Origin: Eledone cirrhosa
Lineage: Eukaryota
Length of the DNA: 64,000 bases
Direction: 5' to 3'
Assembly (NCBI GenBank): GCA_964016885.1
Contig: OZ024743.1
Span: 98,456,001 to 98,520,000 of the forward strand
This document shows positions 13,313 to 25,802 of this stretch, one piece after another. The notes under the pieces are model-generated. The model had not been told where the DNA came from, did not search any database, and saw nothing but the letters and a program-made list of their open reading frames with translations. Numbering within the stretch: the first letter of the stretch is position 1; each line of letters opens with the position of its first letter. Position numbers and translations under genes: made by a program.

Positions 13313-13761
13313 CAAAGGTTCTCAACAGGGGGCATATGCACCCCTGGAGGCGTTTTGGAACTCCAGGGGGGTGTTAGTGGGGCGTTTGGAGCTTTGGAGG
13401 GCGCTAGAGGGGTGTTGGAAGGCTCTTTACTTTGGTAAGTTTTATAAGCCATATTTGTATGTCTTTGAGACAGCCAGTGTGAATGCATTTGAATGAGCAT
13501 GCAGACAGCATAACTATGTTCTGACTGCAGGTGTGCAGGCGTGTCTACACATTAACCAGCAATTGAGATCCTAAAAATGAAAAAAACCCACAGTCAACTG
13601 GGTCAAGAACACTGAGCGCAGTCAGTTAGAATCTTGTCTTTCCTTCACCGATAATGTATTTCATGTCTGAAATTATTGACTCAACCATAACGAGTTAACA
13701 CTATGTAGATCTATTTTATTCCCTATTTTATTTTACAAATAAAAAAAAAAAAGAAAACACA

Positions 13762-15420
13762 GAAGTGGGTAGCACACACATCTAGGACAACTTACAACAC
13801 AATCAGATAATACACACATCTAGGACCACATACAACACATAAGGAGGTAACACACACATCTAGGACCACATACAACACATAAGGAGGTAACACACACATC
13901 TAGGACCACATACAACACATAAGGAGGTAACACACACAAGGAGGTAACACACACATACAACACATAAGGAGGTAACACACACATCTATGACCACATACAA
14001 CACATAAGGAGGTAACACACATTTAGGACCACATACAACACATAAGGAGGTAACACACACATCTAGAACCACATACAACACATAAGGAGGTAACACACAC
14101 ATCTAGGACCACATACAACACATAGGGAGGTAACACACACATTTAGGACAACATACAACACATAAGGAGGTAACACACACATCTAGGACCACATACAACA
14201 CATAAGGTAACACATCTAGGACCACATACAACACACAAGGAGGTAATACACACATCTAGGACCACATACAACACACAGGCATGTAATACATACATCTAGG
14301 ATCACATGCAACACATAAGCAGGTAACACAACACATCTAGGACTACATACAACACACAGGTAGGTAATACACACATCTAGGACAACATACAACACACAGG
14401 AAGGCAATACATACATCTAGGACCACATGCAACACATAAGGAGGTAGCACACACATCTAGGACTACATACAACACACAGGAAGGTAATACACACATCTAG
14501 GACCACATACAACACAAGCAGGTAATACACACATCTAGGACCACATGCAACACACAAGGAGGTAGCACTAACATCTAAGACCACATACAACACACAGGCA
14601 GGTAATACATACATCTAGGACCACATACAATACATAAGCAGGTAATACAAACATCTAGGACCACATACAACACATGGAGGTAATACACACATCTAGGACC
14701 ACATACAACACATAAGGAGGTAACACACACATCTAGGACCACATACAACACATAGGGAGGTAACACACACATTTAGGACAACATACAACACATAAGGAGG
14801 TAACACACACATCTAGGACCACATACAACACATAAGGTAACACATCTAGGACCACATACAACACACAAGGAGGTAATACACACATCTAGGACCACATACA
14901 AAACACAGGCATGTAATACATACATCTAGGATCACATGCAACACATAAGCAGGTAACAACACATCTAGGACTACATACAACACACAGGTAGGTAATACAC
15001 ACATCTAGGACAACATACAACACACAGGAAGGCAATACATACATCTAGGACCACATGCAACACATAAGGAGGTAGCACACACATCTAGGACTACATACAA
15101 CACACAGGAAGGTAATACACACATCTAGGACCACATACAACACAAGCAGGTAATACACACATCTAGGACCACATGCAACACACAAGGAGGTAGCACTAAC
15201 ATCTAAGACCACATACAACACACAGGCAGGTAATACATACATCTAGGACCACATACAATACATAAGCAGGTAATACAAACATCTAGGACCACATACAACA
15301 CATGGAGGTAATACACACATCTAGGACCACATACAACACACAAGCAGGTAATACATTCAGCTGGGACCACATGCAATACATAAGCAGGTAATACATACAT
15401 CTAGGACTACATACAACACA
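13762..15420. repeat. ~40-bp minisatellite with a 628-bp higher-order duplication
   Basis: Unit CATCTAGGACCACATACAACACATAAGGAGGTAACACACA; identical ORFs at 14417 and 15045 show the 628-bp offset. Confidence 0.95.
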
Positions 15421-18400
15421 TTGTATCATGTGCTACGGACGACGCAAGAGCAATGGTCGGCCAACATAAGGGTTTTGTCACTCTTCTGAAGAGAGAAAAT
15501 CTATATGTATTTGCTGTTCATTGTGTCATTCATCGACAACACTTGGCTGCGAAGAAACTCAGCACGCCGATGAGCAAGTCATTGCAGGTGGCCATTGATG
15601 TCATCAATTTTATCAAAAGGCATTCCCTCAATGAACGAATTTTCTGGCAACTGTGCCAAGATAATGACGAAGAATTTGTCAAGTTGCTCCTTCATACGGA
15701 GGTGAGGTGAATTTCAAAGAGCAAGTGCCTTACTCACTTCTTTAAACTCTTCGACTATCATTGAGTTTCTGCGAGGACGCAACACAGAACTGTACAAGAA
15801 AACCCTCGATGTGAGGCAAGACTGCGCCTACCTCACTGACATCATCGACAAATGCAATAGCGTCATTTTGGCTTTGCAGGGGAAGAAGATCACCTTGCTT
15901 AAAGCAAGGAATGCTGTAAAACATTCCTGGCCAAATTGAATGTCATCGAAAGGAATCTTTGTTGACGGGAATTCTATAATTTTCCTAGTGTCGAAAGGCT
16001 ACTAAATGAGGAGAATAAATGGGAGAAAGACAGCCTCACCCACATCAATCCAATAGAGGGACCAGCAGTGCAAGTTGAAGGTAGTATAATAAGTAAGGCA
16101 ATCAAAGATATGAAGACGGGCAAGGCAGCTGGGCCTTCGGAAATAGTTGCTGAATGCTGAAAGCATCTGGAACGGTGGGACACACTATGGTCACCCGGAT
16201 AGTAAACCAAGTCATACAGAATGAGGTCGTACCGAAGGACTGGCGTAGCAGCATATTATTAACTGCTACAAGGGTAAAGGAGATGCCCTAGATAGGGGAA
16301 ACTATACAGGCATTAAATTAATTGACCAGGTCATGAAGGTCACAGAAAAAGTAATAGTGCAACTAATCAGAGAGCGAATTGATCTAGATGAAATGCAGTT
16401 CGGGTTTGTGTCAGGTAAAAGTACCTCAGACGCTCTTTTCATTGTACGACAACTACAGGAGGAGTACCTAGCTAAAAGTAAACCCCTATACTTAGCTTTT
16501 GTTGACTTGGAGAAAGCCTTTGACAGAGTCCCACGCCCCATTATCTGGTGGGCTCTTAGAAAACTAGGTGTTGATGAATGGCTTGTGAGAGCTATACAAG
16601 CCATGTATAAAGAAACAGTCAGCAAGGTTAGAATTAACAACAAATATAGTGAAGAGTTTAGCATAAAAGTTGGTGTTCATCAGGGCTCCATCCTTAGCCC
16701 CCTCCTATTTATTATTGCCCTTCAGGCTATAACAGAGGAGTTCAAGACCGGCTGCCCATGGGAACTCCTATACGCAGATGATCTAACGCTCATAGCTGAA
16801 TCTATGGCTGAACTAGAGAAGAAATTCTAAACATGGAAGCATGGCCTAGAATCAAAAGGCCTTAAAATTAACCTGTCTAAGACTAAAGTTCTAGTATGTA
16901 GGAAGGAAAATAGGGCACTGGTCTCATCTGGGAAATGGCCATGCTCAGTGTGTAGGAAAGTAGTAGGCAGAAACTCCATTTTATGTCCCAAATGCAAAGT
17001 ATGGGTGCATAAAAGATGTAGTGGGATCACAGATAAGCTAACTAAGAATATAGATTTTATATGTGGCCAGTGCTCAGGTGCAATAAGTAGCAGCAAGTGC
17101 CCACAGAATACTAGCTCATTCCATTGCACAGATGGTTCTATAGAAATAGTGGACACCTTCTGTTACCTGGGTGACAAAATCAGCAGTGGTGGAAGGTGCT
17201 CTGAAAGTACAGTAGCTAGAGTCAGAACAGGATGGAAAAAGTTCAGAGAGCTTATACCACTATTGGCCGCTAAAGGTTTCTCTCTAAAAATGAAAGGCAG
17301 TCTGTATGATGCCTGCATACGAAAAGCAATGTTACATGGCAGTGAGACTTGGGCATTGTGTGCAGAGGATCTATGCAGACTGGAGAAGAACGAAGCTTGC
17401 ATGCTCCGCTGGATGTGTAATAGTAATATACGTGAACGGCAATGCATAAAGTGAGAATTTAGGAATAAGAGGGATCAGATGCTGTTTACTCGAGAGAAGA
17501 CTGCGTTGGTATGGTCACGTGATGCACATGAAAGACGACAGCTGTATAAAAAAGTGCAGGGCGATCAAAATAGACGGTAACCACGGAGTAGGCAGACCCA
17601 GAAAAACCTGGGACGACTTGATAAATTCCGACCTCACACACTTACACCTTTCCAAGACAATGTCACTGGACCGAGATCTTTGGCGCTACACACTAATACA
17701 GAAGACCCACCTTGCTTAAGTGCAAAGCAAAACCTATTCAGTAAGCACTTCTTAACCAAAATACACCCCCGTCCCACTACCCCCCTTTCGATGTAAAGTT
17801 ATGTTGTTACCACAACATCCAGTCCTAAATAAATGAGGTCGTGTAGGTGTCACGACAAAAAAACACAGCCCACGCTGTAATGTGGCCGTGTAGGTAACAT
17901 GGTAAAAACCTCCCAGTCCACACTGTAAACGTGGTTGGTGTTAGGAAGGGCATCCAGCCGTAGAAAACCTGCCAGACAGTCCTATACAAGCAAGACAACC
18001 AATCTTGCCTCAAGTGGGAAAATTCCCATCCAAACCCATGCTAGCGTGGAAGATGGACGTTAAACGATGATGATGTCACCAATGTTCAAAACATTGTAAG
18101 AGATGACCAACTCCAAATTTATACCACTCTCCTCCATGCGCTACAAGACATGAGAAAACGGTTTGTCGACCTTTTGCCGATGGACATCCCAATGTGGATA
18201 GCAGATCCCTTCATAGCAATAAATTTCAGGAAGAATTCATTGAACTACAAGCAGATGACATGATCAAAATTAGATTTCCCATTTTGGGATGCAAGAGGAA
18301 ATTCAGCTTCGATTTCCACACCTACATGCAGAGGCTAAGAGATTTGTTCTGCTTTTTCCAAGCTCATACTTAGTCGAGAGGAAGTTTGGTGCTGTTTCCA

Positions 18401-18528
18401 GACTGCACAGTAAGGCTAACAACCGCTACAATGTAATTACACGTGGAGATCTCTGGCTACAGCTTAGGAAAATTCAGCCTGATGTTAAAGAGTTAGCTAG
18501 ACTCCATGAAGCTCAAGGGTCCCATTGA
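15421..18528 (+). pseudogene. hAT transposase pseudogene (C-terminal half), split by a LINE at 15993-18074
   Basis: Removing the LINE restores ...FYNFPSV|TNVQNIVRDDQLQIY...; stops and frameshifts elsewhere. Confidence 0.85.
15993..18074 (+). mobile_element. 5'-truncated RTE-clade LINE with near-intact RT and (GAT)n tail
   Basis: QFGFVSGKSTSDALF, FVDLEKAFDRVP, GVHQGSILSPLLF, LLYADDL, FCYLGD, HGSETW, GRPRKTW; GTC duplicated at both junctions; few stops (e.g. TAA 16828-16830). Confidence 0.95.
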
Positions 18529-18923
18529 AATGAGGTCAAAGTTAAAGTTGATTTATCCGAAAACTTGGATATGCTATTGTTACAAAGCAAACTAACAATT
18601 TTTTTATTTGTAGTTGCAGTCTGACTGGACTGGATACCATCTACCACAAATCACTTACTCATTGTTGTATATATTTTACCATTTACTAATGAATGTGTTC
18701 CTTTTTTGGAAATTTATATATTTCCTTTCAAGGAATGTATTTATACTCTCAGCTGCCTGCAATGATATTTTTGGAATATTGTTAATCAATTTTTTAGTAA
18801 TCTACTGATATCAAAATCAGTAATATATTGAAAAATGGAAAAATAGGTAGGGGGACATTTCGTGATTTTGAGGGACAAAAGGGGGCGTTTAGCCTAAATA
18901 GGTTGAGAACTTGTGTTCTAGAG

Positions 18924-19650
18924 CATCACTTTTTCCCTAGCAAATTACAATTGTACTGCTGCGCTAGTCATTAGGTATGACTCCGTCGTGACAATGTGGG
19001 TTACTCAGTGCCTAGTTCTCCAGATAATTTTACTGTCTCAGCAAATATCTCTGATGGACCCCACAGCTTTACCATTCTTCATCTCCTTGATTGCTTCTTT
19101 GATCCTATGACTTATTTCTATAGCTGCTCACTCTGTTGTGTCAGCTGGGAGCAGTCTCTCTTCCTCCCATTCATTTTCAAAATTCATCAGCCTCTCATAG
19201 TAACATTTCCAGGCTTCTCTCTTTTGAGCATCAGTGGTACGAAATGCAGCAGTGTCATCTCGGAAACATTATTCCTCAATAACATCCCAATTCACTGACA
19301 TACTGCATTGCAATGTGGAATGCCTCACGTCTCTGATCCTCATGTCACAAGACATTGGCAAACATTTTTTCAGCCTCATTCCATGCTATGTATAACTCTC
19401 TATGTAGCTTCTCTCTTAACTACCTGGTACTGGTCTCTGCTATCCCAATGTTTCCAGTCTTTCTACACCTGTCTCTTGGTCTTAATGGCTCCATCCACTT
19501 TGCTCTTACACTACCAGATCACCCTCTGTCTGGCCAGCACTTTGCTCCAGCCACAAGTCTCATCAGTAGTTTGCAATAGGTTGTCATGTAAGAATTTCCA
19601 ATTATCCTCTATATCATGTGCATCCTCTCCCCTCTCATCATATGTATCCT
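18924..19650 (-). mobile_element. Degenerate RTE LINE, 5' part of the copy split by the hAT element
   Basis: Sequence continues across the TSD (TGCTACTTTCTAGAGCATCAC); remnants of the region upstream of RT. Confidence 0.7.
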
Positions 19651-21156
19651 GTCAGCCATGTGTTAAATATGTGCAAGTCAGCAAAATTTACTTTTTTGCT
19701 TCAGAAGATGAGACAACAAAAATTAGAGATGACAGCTGACTGAAACTACAGTACTCATTGACACAGTTTTATTTATGTTGTCCCTCTGGCAAGAATATTC
19801 TATAACAATGAAATCACTCTTTCCTTTCTCAAACTTCATATATCACAAGATATTAACAGTCACAAGTTTTCCATTCATATTGTAAGTAAACTTGTTAACT
19901 ACCAGTATACCCAGCATTGCACAGATTGCAAAGTAGCAATAGATCAACTAGAATTATGACTAACGAAGGCATATTTAGTTTTATAGAATACTTATGACAT
20001 TTCTCAGAAACATTTTCTGTAAGATATTTGTTTTCCAAAAGGTTTGTACCAGTTTAATCTCTTATGCACTGTCCTACAGATACTCCCATATGACTAGTAT
20101 ATTTTATAATTTAACAAGACTTGGAAGCCCATACAATCTCTTTATACCTCCAATGGTAAACCCTAAAGCACTATCTTAAGGTGCAGAATATTTATGGCTG
20201 TGATGGGTACATAGTATCTAGTATCATAGAAACTGAGATGTGTCACAATTCTTATGTTTTTATCACTGTATGTATTGTTCCTAGTCTGTTCCAATAATTG
20301 GATGTGTAGTCTACCTCCAAGTTCTGTTTCTCACTATAACAATGGTTTTACTTTCATGGATGGTTTCTATTCCTTTTCAAAATTAGTTTAAGAATTAAGG
20401 AATTTAAAAAAAAATAATAATAACAGATAAAATATTACAGTCTATAATAGTTGTTTCTAAAAGCTCCCTCATTGGGTTGCATGGTATACATTACTGTCAA
20501 AAGTGTTCAGCAACAGGTGAGCCACAGCCCACAAATGTATTATTGTGTTCTCAGTGGGCCTCAGAACTTTTCATATTGTTATAAGAGATGATATAATACA
20601 CATGTGGGCCAAAAAATGGGTCATTACAAAAAGTTGATGATCCCTTGTGACTTGGACCTTCAATTCCAACACAGAGTGTTTCAGTTGCTTGAACAACGGA
20701 ACAGCCTGCTTGTGATAATGTGCAGGTGATTGAGTATTCTACAGACTTGTGAACCCTTAACACAGTTCTCAGACAGATTCAGCTTGACAGTATGTGACTA
20801 AGCTGACCTTTTGCTAGCCCTTTGAATTTACAAGTGCAACTATTTTTTATCAGCTGAGTGAACATGAGCAGCATGAAAAAAAAAAGTGTCTTGCTCAAGA
20901 ACATAACATGCCACCTAGTCCAGAAATTGAACTGTCAATCTTATGATCAAATCCCAAAGCACTAGGAGGCATGCCTTCATTTGCTCAATATATTCCAACA
21001 GGAATCAACCTCACAGTGTTAAGCTGAATACCCTCACCACTAAGCCACACATCTTCTCAGATATATCAATCTAGCTTTGGCCTATGAAAACCAAGTAGCT
21101 CATCAATTATAGTATTTTAATTTAGCCCAGAAATTGACAGCTTCTAGAGTAAAATG

Positions 21157-21410
21157 TGTGGGTATGGTGTGGTGTGTGGTGGCCGAAAGCGGGGGAGTGT
21201 TCGACCGGAAGGGTGCTTGGCCGGAAGGATGCTCGACCGGAAGGGCCAGCAGATGGGTCTCTCTCTAGTGGTGACCAGCAACGGTGTGGACGCGAGTTCT
21301 GGCAGCTCCCGGTGTTAAGGAGTTGGACGCACGTGGAAGAGGAGAAACCAGCAGTGGGATTTAGCGGCGCCTATGAAAAGCGGTAAGTGAGATAGCTTTT
21401 TCTAACCACA
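21157..21410 (+). repeat. 5' LTR (254 bp)
   Basis: TGTGGGTATGG...CTAACCACA. Confidence 0.93.
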
Positions 21411-21527
21411 AGCTATTTCGGGACTGGAAACTGAGATCTTATTGAAAAAAAAAAAAAAAGGTACTGGAAAAACAGAGAGGGGTCTTGTTTTGTTTTTTTT
21501 ATCACGTACCGCAAGAAAAATTAGAAG

Positions 21528-24500
21528 ATGGCGACAAGACTACGAACAAGCGAAGCTATCAGCATTTACCGGGGAAGGTCATGTTGTCGCTTGGCTGCGA
21601 AAAGTCCGGCTGGTCGCAAGCTTGCAGAAGATAGAAGATGCGGCTGGCCTCATGGCACTGTACCTCGAGGGGGATGTGTTGGTACTCTTCCTTGAGTTGG
21701 ACGAACACAGCTAAAGAGATGCGCAAAAGATTGAGAGGCGCATGATGGAAGCGTTCGCAGAGGGACCGTTAGCCGCTTTTGCTAAGCTGGCAAGAATTAG
21801 ATGGAACGGTGAACGCGTTAACATTTTCGCAGCGGAAATACGGCGATTGGCCATGTTGGCTGGATATCAGGTGGAATGCGAATGCACGGTGCGGTTGGCG
21901 TTCATAAATGGATTTCCAGACGACATAGCAGTGAAACTGCAGCAAGTCCAGGGTTACAAAGAAATGGAAATGCGTTCACTGGTGGAACAAGCCCGGATCA
22001 TAGCAGAAGATACCAAGAAGAGTGTTGCGGCGATAGCAACTACAGAGGCTCAAGACAGCTGGTAGCGAAATGGTGAAAAGGAGGCAACCACGGCACGCGG
22101 TCGCCCGCGAACGTTTAGAGGTCGCTGTTTTCGGTGCCAGGGCCCGCACATGGCTAGAGACTGCAGAGAGTCAAGGCCGGAAATAATATGCTACCGGTGT
22201 AAGCGACCAGGCCACATCGCTATTAACTGCGACCAGGGAAACGATCCAAGAGGAACTGCTGCGCCGGTAGTTGCCCCATGGTGGAAGTCTTCGTGAGGGG
22301 AAAACCACAGCGAGCCCTCGTGGACACGGGCTGTACAACACTGGTGACCACGGGGGTGGCGCAGAGGTGGAGAGAGAAGAGCAGCGTAAGGGCAGTCGAC
22401 GGCAGGAAAATTGAATGCCGAGGTCGCAGCGAGATGGAAATAGCGGTACGGGGAAGGAAAATAAGGCTTTCTGCCATCGTAGTAGACAGCGTGGTGGATG
22501 GGATCGGCGTGGTTATGGGCATGGACGCAATTGGCCGTCTAGGAGGCGTCACAGTGAACAACGTTGGTGTGTCGTTTGGTGCCGCTGCATCGGTATGCGC
22601 TGTGAGTGCGCGACAGGAGTACCAGAAGGCCTACGAGGAGAAATACGCCACGTACACTGTGCAGGACAAAGACTTCAAGGCCATGTTCGATGGGCAGCGA
22701 TGGGTTGTTGAGTGGTACTGGAAGGGAGAACCACCAACACTGAAGACCAAAGTGGGCTGCTATCAACACACATTGAAGGGAAACATTAGGAGCGAGTTCG
22801 AGCGAGAGGTAGAGAGATGGATTGAGGAGGGCATACTGCTTCCCTGGAAAGAGGAGGTGAAGTGCGGAGTATTGCCATTAATGGCGGTGGCGCAACCCAC
22901 GAAGAACAAGGTGAGGCTGGTGCTGGACTTTCGGGAGCTGAACGAGCACGTGTCATGCCACACGGGTGGCGAGGTCACGGATGTCTGTGGGGAAACTCTG
23001 CGTGAGTGGAGACAATGATGGAGGGTTCAGCAATCGTAGATCTAAAGTCAGCATACTTACAATTACACATAGCTGAGAAGCTCTGGCAGTATCAGCTGGT
23101 CAGGTATAAGAGCCGGACATATTGCCTGACCAGGCTCGGTTTCGGGCTGAGCTCTGCACCGAAGATCATGGCGGCGGTCCTCAAGACCATTCTGGGAAAG
23201 GCCGACAAGATGAAGAGGGCCACTAACTCCTATATTCTGTGGTGTCGGCGGCGGAGGTCACGAGCCATTTACAGGGGTATGGACTGGCTGCGAAGCCGTC
23301 AGAAGCGTTGGAGGGAGGAGCCGCGCTGGGACTTAGGCTACGGCGAGACAGGACGGGTGTCTTGGTATTCCAGAGGGGAAATGAAGTTCCAGAACTGGGC
23401 CCAAGTATGAGTAGGTGGGAGCTTTTCTCGGTGTGTGGGAAGTTGGTGGGTCACTACCCGATTGCTGGGTGGCTCCGGACGGCATGCAGTTATGTCAAGA
23501 GACGAGCGGGAGGAGTGACTTGGAGTGACAGAGAGGACGGTGGCCATGATGCAGGAGATCGTGGGGAGGGTGAAGGCCAGTGCGGGGACGCTGGTATGTT
23601 CCCAAATCACAGAGCGGGACCGTATGGTGCGATGCCAGCAGCATAGCGCTGGGTGTCACGTTGGAGATAGGAGGTGTTGAGGTCGAGGATGCAGCCTGGC
23701 TTAGGAAGAAGGACGACTGCAACCACATCAATGTGGCAGAACTGGACGCAGTGTTGAGAGGGGTGAACCTCACCCTGAGGTGGGGACTGCGCACCATCGA
23801 GATACGCACCGACTCGGCTACTGTACTCGGATGGGTGAGATCAGTGTTCACCAGTGAGAAGAGAGTGCGAACGAGAAGGGCGGCGGAGATGCTGATAAAG
23901 CGCCGCCTGGGCACTTTAGGAGAGCTGGGCACCGAGTTCCATCTGAGGCTGAGCGTAGTTTTCGTGCCCTCAGAGAAAAATAGGGCGGACGTCTTAACTA
24001 GGGTGAAGAAAGCTTGGACGGAAGCGCCAGAGGAGGTAGAAGATGAGATGGCTGCCGTGTGTCGGCTGACCGAGTCGGATCTTGAAAGGGTTGCATGACA
24101 TGCACCACATGGGAGTGGATAGGAGCCTGTTCCTAGCCAGGAGAATCGACTCGGACGTTAACAGACACAGTGTTCAAAGGGTGGTTAGAGGCTGCTTCCG
24201 ATGTCAGTCCATTGATCCCGCCCCGGGTGTGCACGAAACGGGAAGCCTCCCGGTGGTCCGCGACTGGAAGCGATTGGCGGTGGATGTAACGAACTACCGA
24301 CAGGGAACGTACCTCTCGATGGTCGACTGTGGACCAGGACGGATGGCGATATGGAGGGAGATGAAGACTGGAATGGTCGAGGAAATCATGCGGACGTTGA
24401 GAGAGGTGTTCTTGGAGCGGGGCCCTGTGGACGAACTGCTGATGGACAACAGCGCAGCGTTCCGCTCGGAGGCGCTGAGGGAGATGCTCGATGGATGGAA

Positions 24501-25040
24501 GGTGGACCGTTTCTTCAGAGCAGCACACAGGCCGAGCGGGAATGGAATTGTGGAGCGACACCACCGGACGATCAAGGCAATGGCGGAGCGGGGCCATATC
24601 TCACCAATGGAGGCAGTGTTCTGGTACAACATGTCCCCTCGGGTGGGACAGGTCGAGGAATCGGTGCCACACAGCAGTATTCAGAAACGAGTGGCGGCAC
24701 CCGTGCACGCCACCACAACGGCCAGTGGGGAGAGAGAGTGCATTCGTGCAGGTGGGCGAAGAAGTCTGTGTTAAGCCCCCAGATGCACGCTGCACATCTC
24801 AATGGGGAAGGGGAACGGTGACGGCCGTAAATTCCCAGAACAATGTGTCCATGGACGGAGTACCACGTCATGTCCTGGATGTCCGTAGAATCAGTGTGTC
24901 AACAGACTCCGAGGAGGGGAAACCCAAAGCGCTGCCCCAACACTGCGGAGATCGCAAAGAAGTCGTAAACCAGCAACCTGGACAGCAGACTTTCATATGC
25001 AGAAGGACGAGGGGAAAATTGATCCTTGAGATCAAGGGGG
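21528..25040 (+). pseudogene. gag-pol pseudogene of the Gypsy element
   Basis: Domains are spread over several frames; the RT YIDD motif is deleted after SYI (~23236). Confidence 0.88.
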
Positions 25041-25042
25041 CG

Positions 25043-25266
25043 TGTGGGTATGGTGTGGCGTGCGGTGACCGGAAGTGGGGGAGTGCTCGACCGGAAGGGC
25101 CAGCAGATGGGTCTCTCTCTCTAGTGGTGACTAGCAACGGTGTGGACGCGAGTTCTGGCAGCTCCCGGTGTTAAGGAGTTGAACGCACGTGGAAGAGGAG
25201 AGACCAGCAATGGGATTTAGCGGCGCCTATGAAAAGCGGTAAGTGAGATAGCTTTTTCTAACCACA
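25043..25266 (+). repeat. 3' LTR (224 bp)
   Basis: Direct repeat of the 5' LTR lacking 32 bp. Confidence 0.93.
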
Positions 25267-25596
25267 AAATGTAACTAAGACAGTTTTTGTTGTTTCAGAG
25301 AGAGTGTAAATGACTTGAGCCAGCACTCTATGAAGGTGAGTGGCTTGGTGGTTAGAGAGTTGGATTCACAATCCAGACTGGGTGATGTGTTATGTCCTTG
25401 AGCAAGACTATTTATTGACTATTTATTAAAATACATGGCTACGTCGTTAAGGACTTCACCTCAAAACCACATGGTTTTAGGTTCAGTCCAAGTGTGGAAC
25501 GATGGGCGAATGCCTTTAACTGTAAACCAATGCCTTGTGAGTGTGAGGGAAATTTGGTAGACAAAAACTGTGTAGAAGCCCATTATATATATATAT

Positions 25597-25628
<32 letters not shown>

Positions 25629-25769
25629 CAAGTAAGATATTTTCGAAACAGCGAGTTGGTTTGAAATTATTAGAAATGTAAGCTATCGCCGTATTTTGAC
25701 TAAAGAAATTAAAGAAATTATTTAGCCTGATAGTGGGGTTAAGAACCCTCGGAGAAATGGAAAGAAATG

Positions 25770-25802
<33 letters not shown>

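Larger units (their letters stand above)
13313..18915 (+). mobile_element. hAT (Buster/Charlie, ZBED8/SCAND3-like) DNA transposon, decayed, with nested insertions
   Basis: 8-bp TSD TTCTAGAG at 13305-13312 and 18916-18923; TIRs CAAAGGTTCTCAAC / GTTGAGAACTTGTG; transposase motifs CATD..AMVG, HCVIHRQHL, LLLHTEVR, WIADPF, FPSSYLVE, RGDL..QPD, AQGSH*. Confidence 0.92.
21157..25266 (+). mobile_element. Full-length Gypsy/Ty3 LTR retrotransposon, decayed
   Basis: TG..CA LTRs, 5-bp TSD AAATG (21152-21156, 25267-25271), purine tract before the 3' LTR. Gag has two CCHC knuckles. Protease ALVDTG, RT VDLKSAYLQ/LGFGL, RNase H CDAS/AEL/TDS and integrase HHCC + D,D,E occur in PR-RT-RH-IN order. Confidence 0.96.

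Noticed and set aside
13762-15420. CRISPR-like appearance of the repeat arrays
   Set aside because: Units are head-to-tail with no unique spacers, there are no cas genes, and the DNA is eukaryotic.
22223-25137. Antisense ORFs within the Gypsy element
   Set aside because: Expected shadow ORFs of GC-rich coding sequence.
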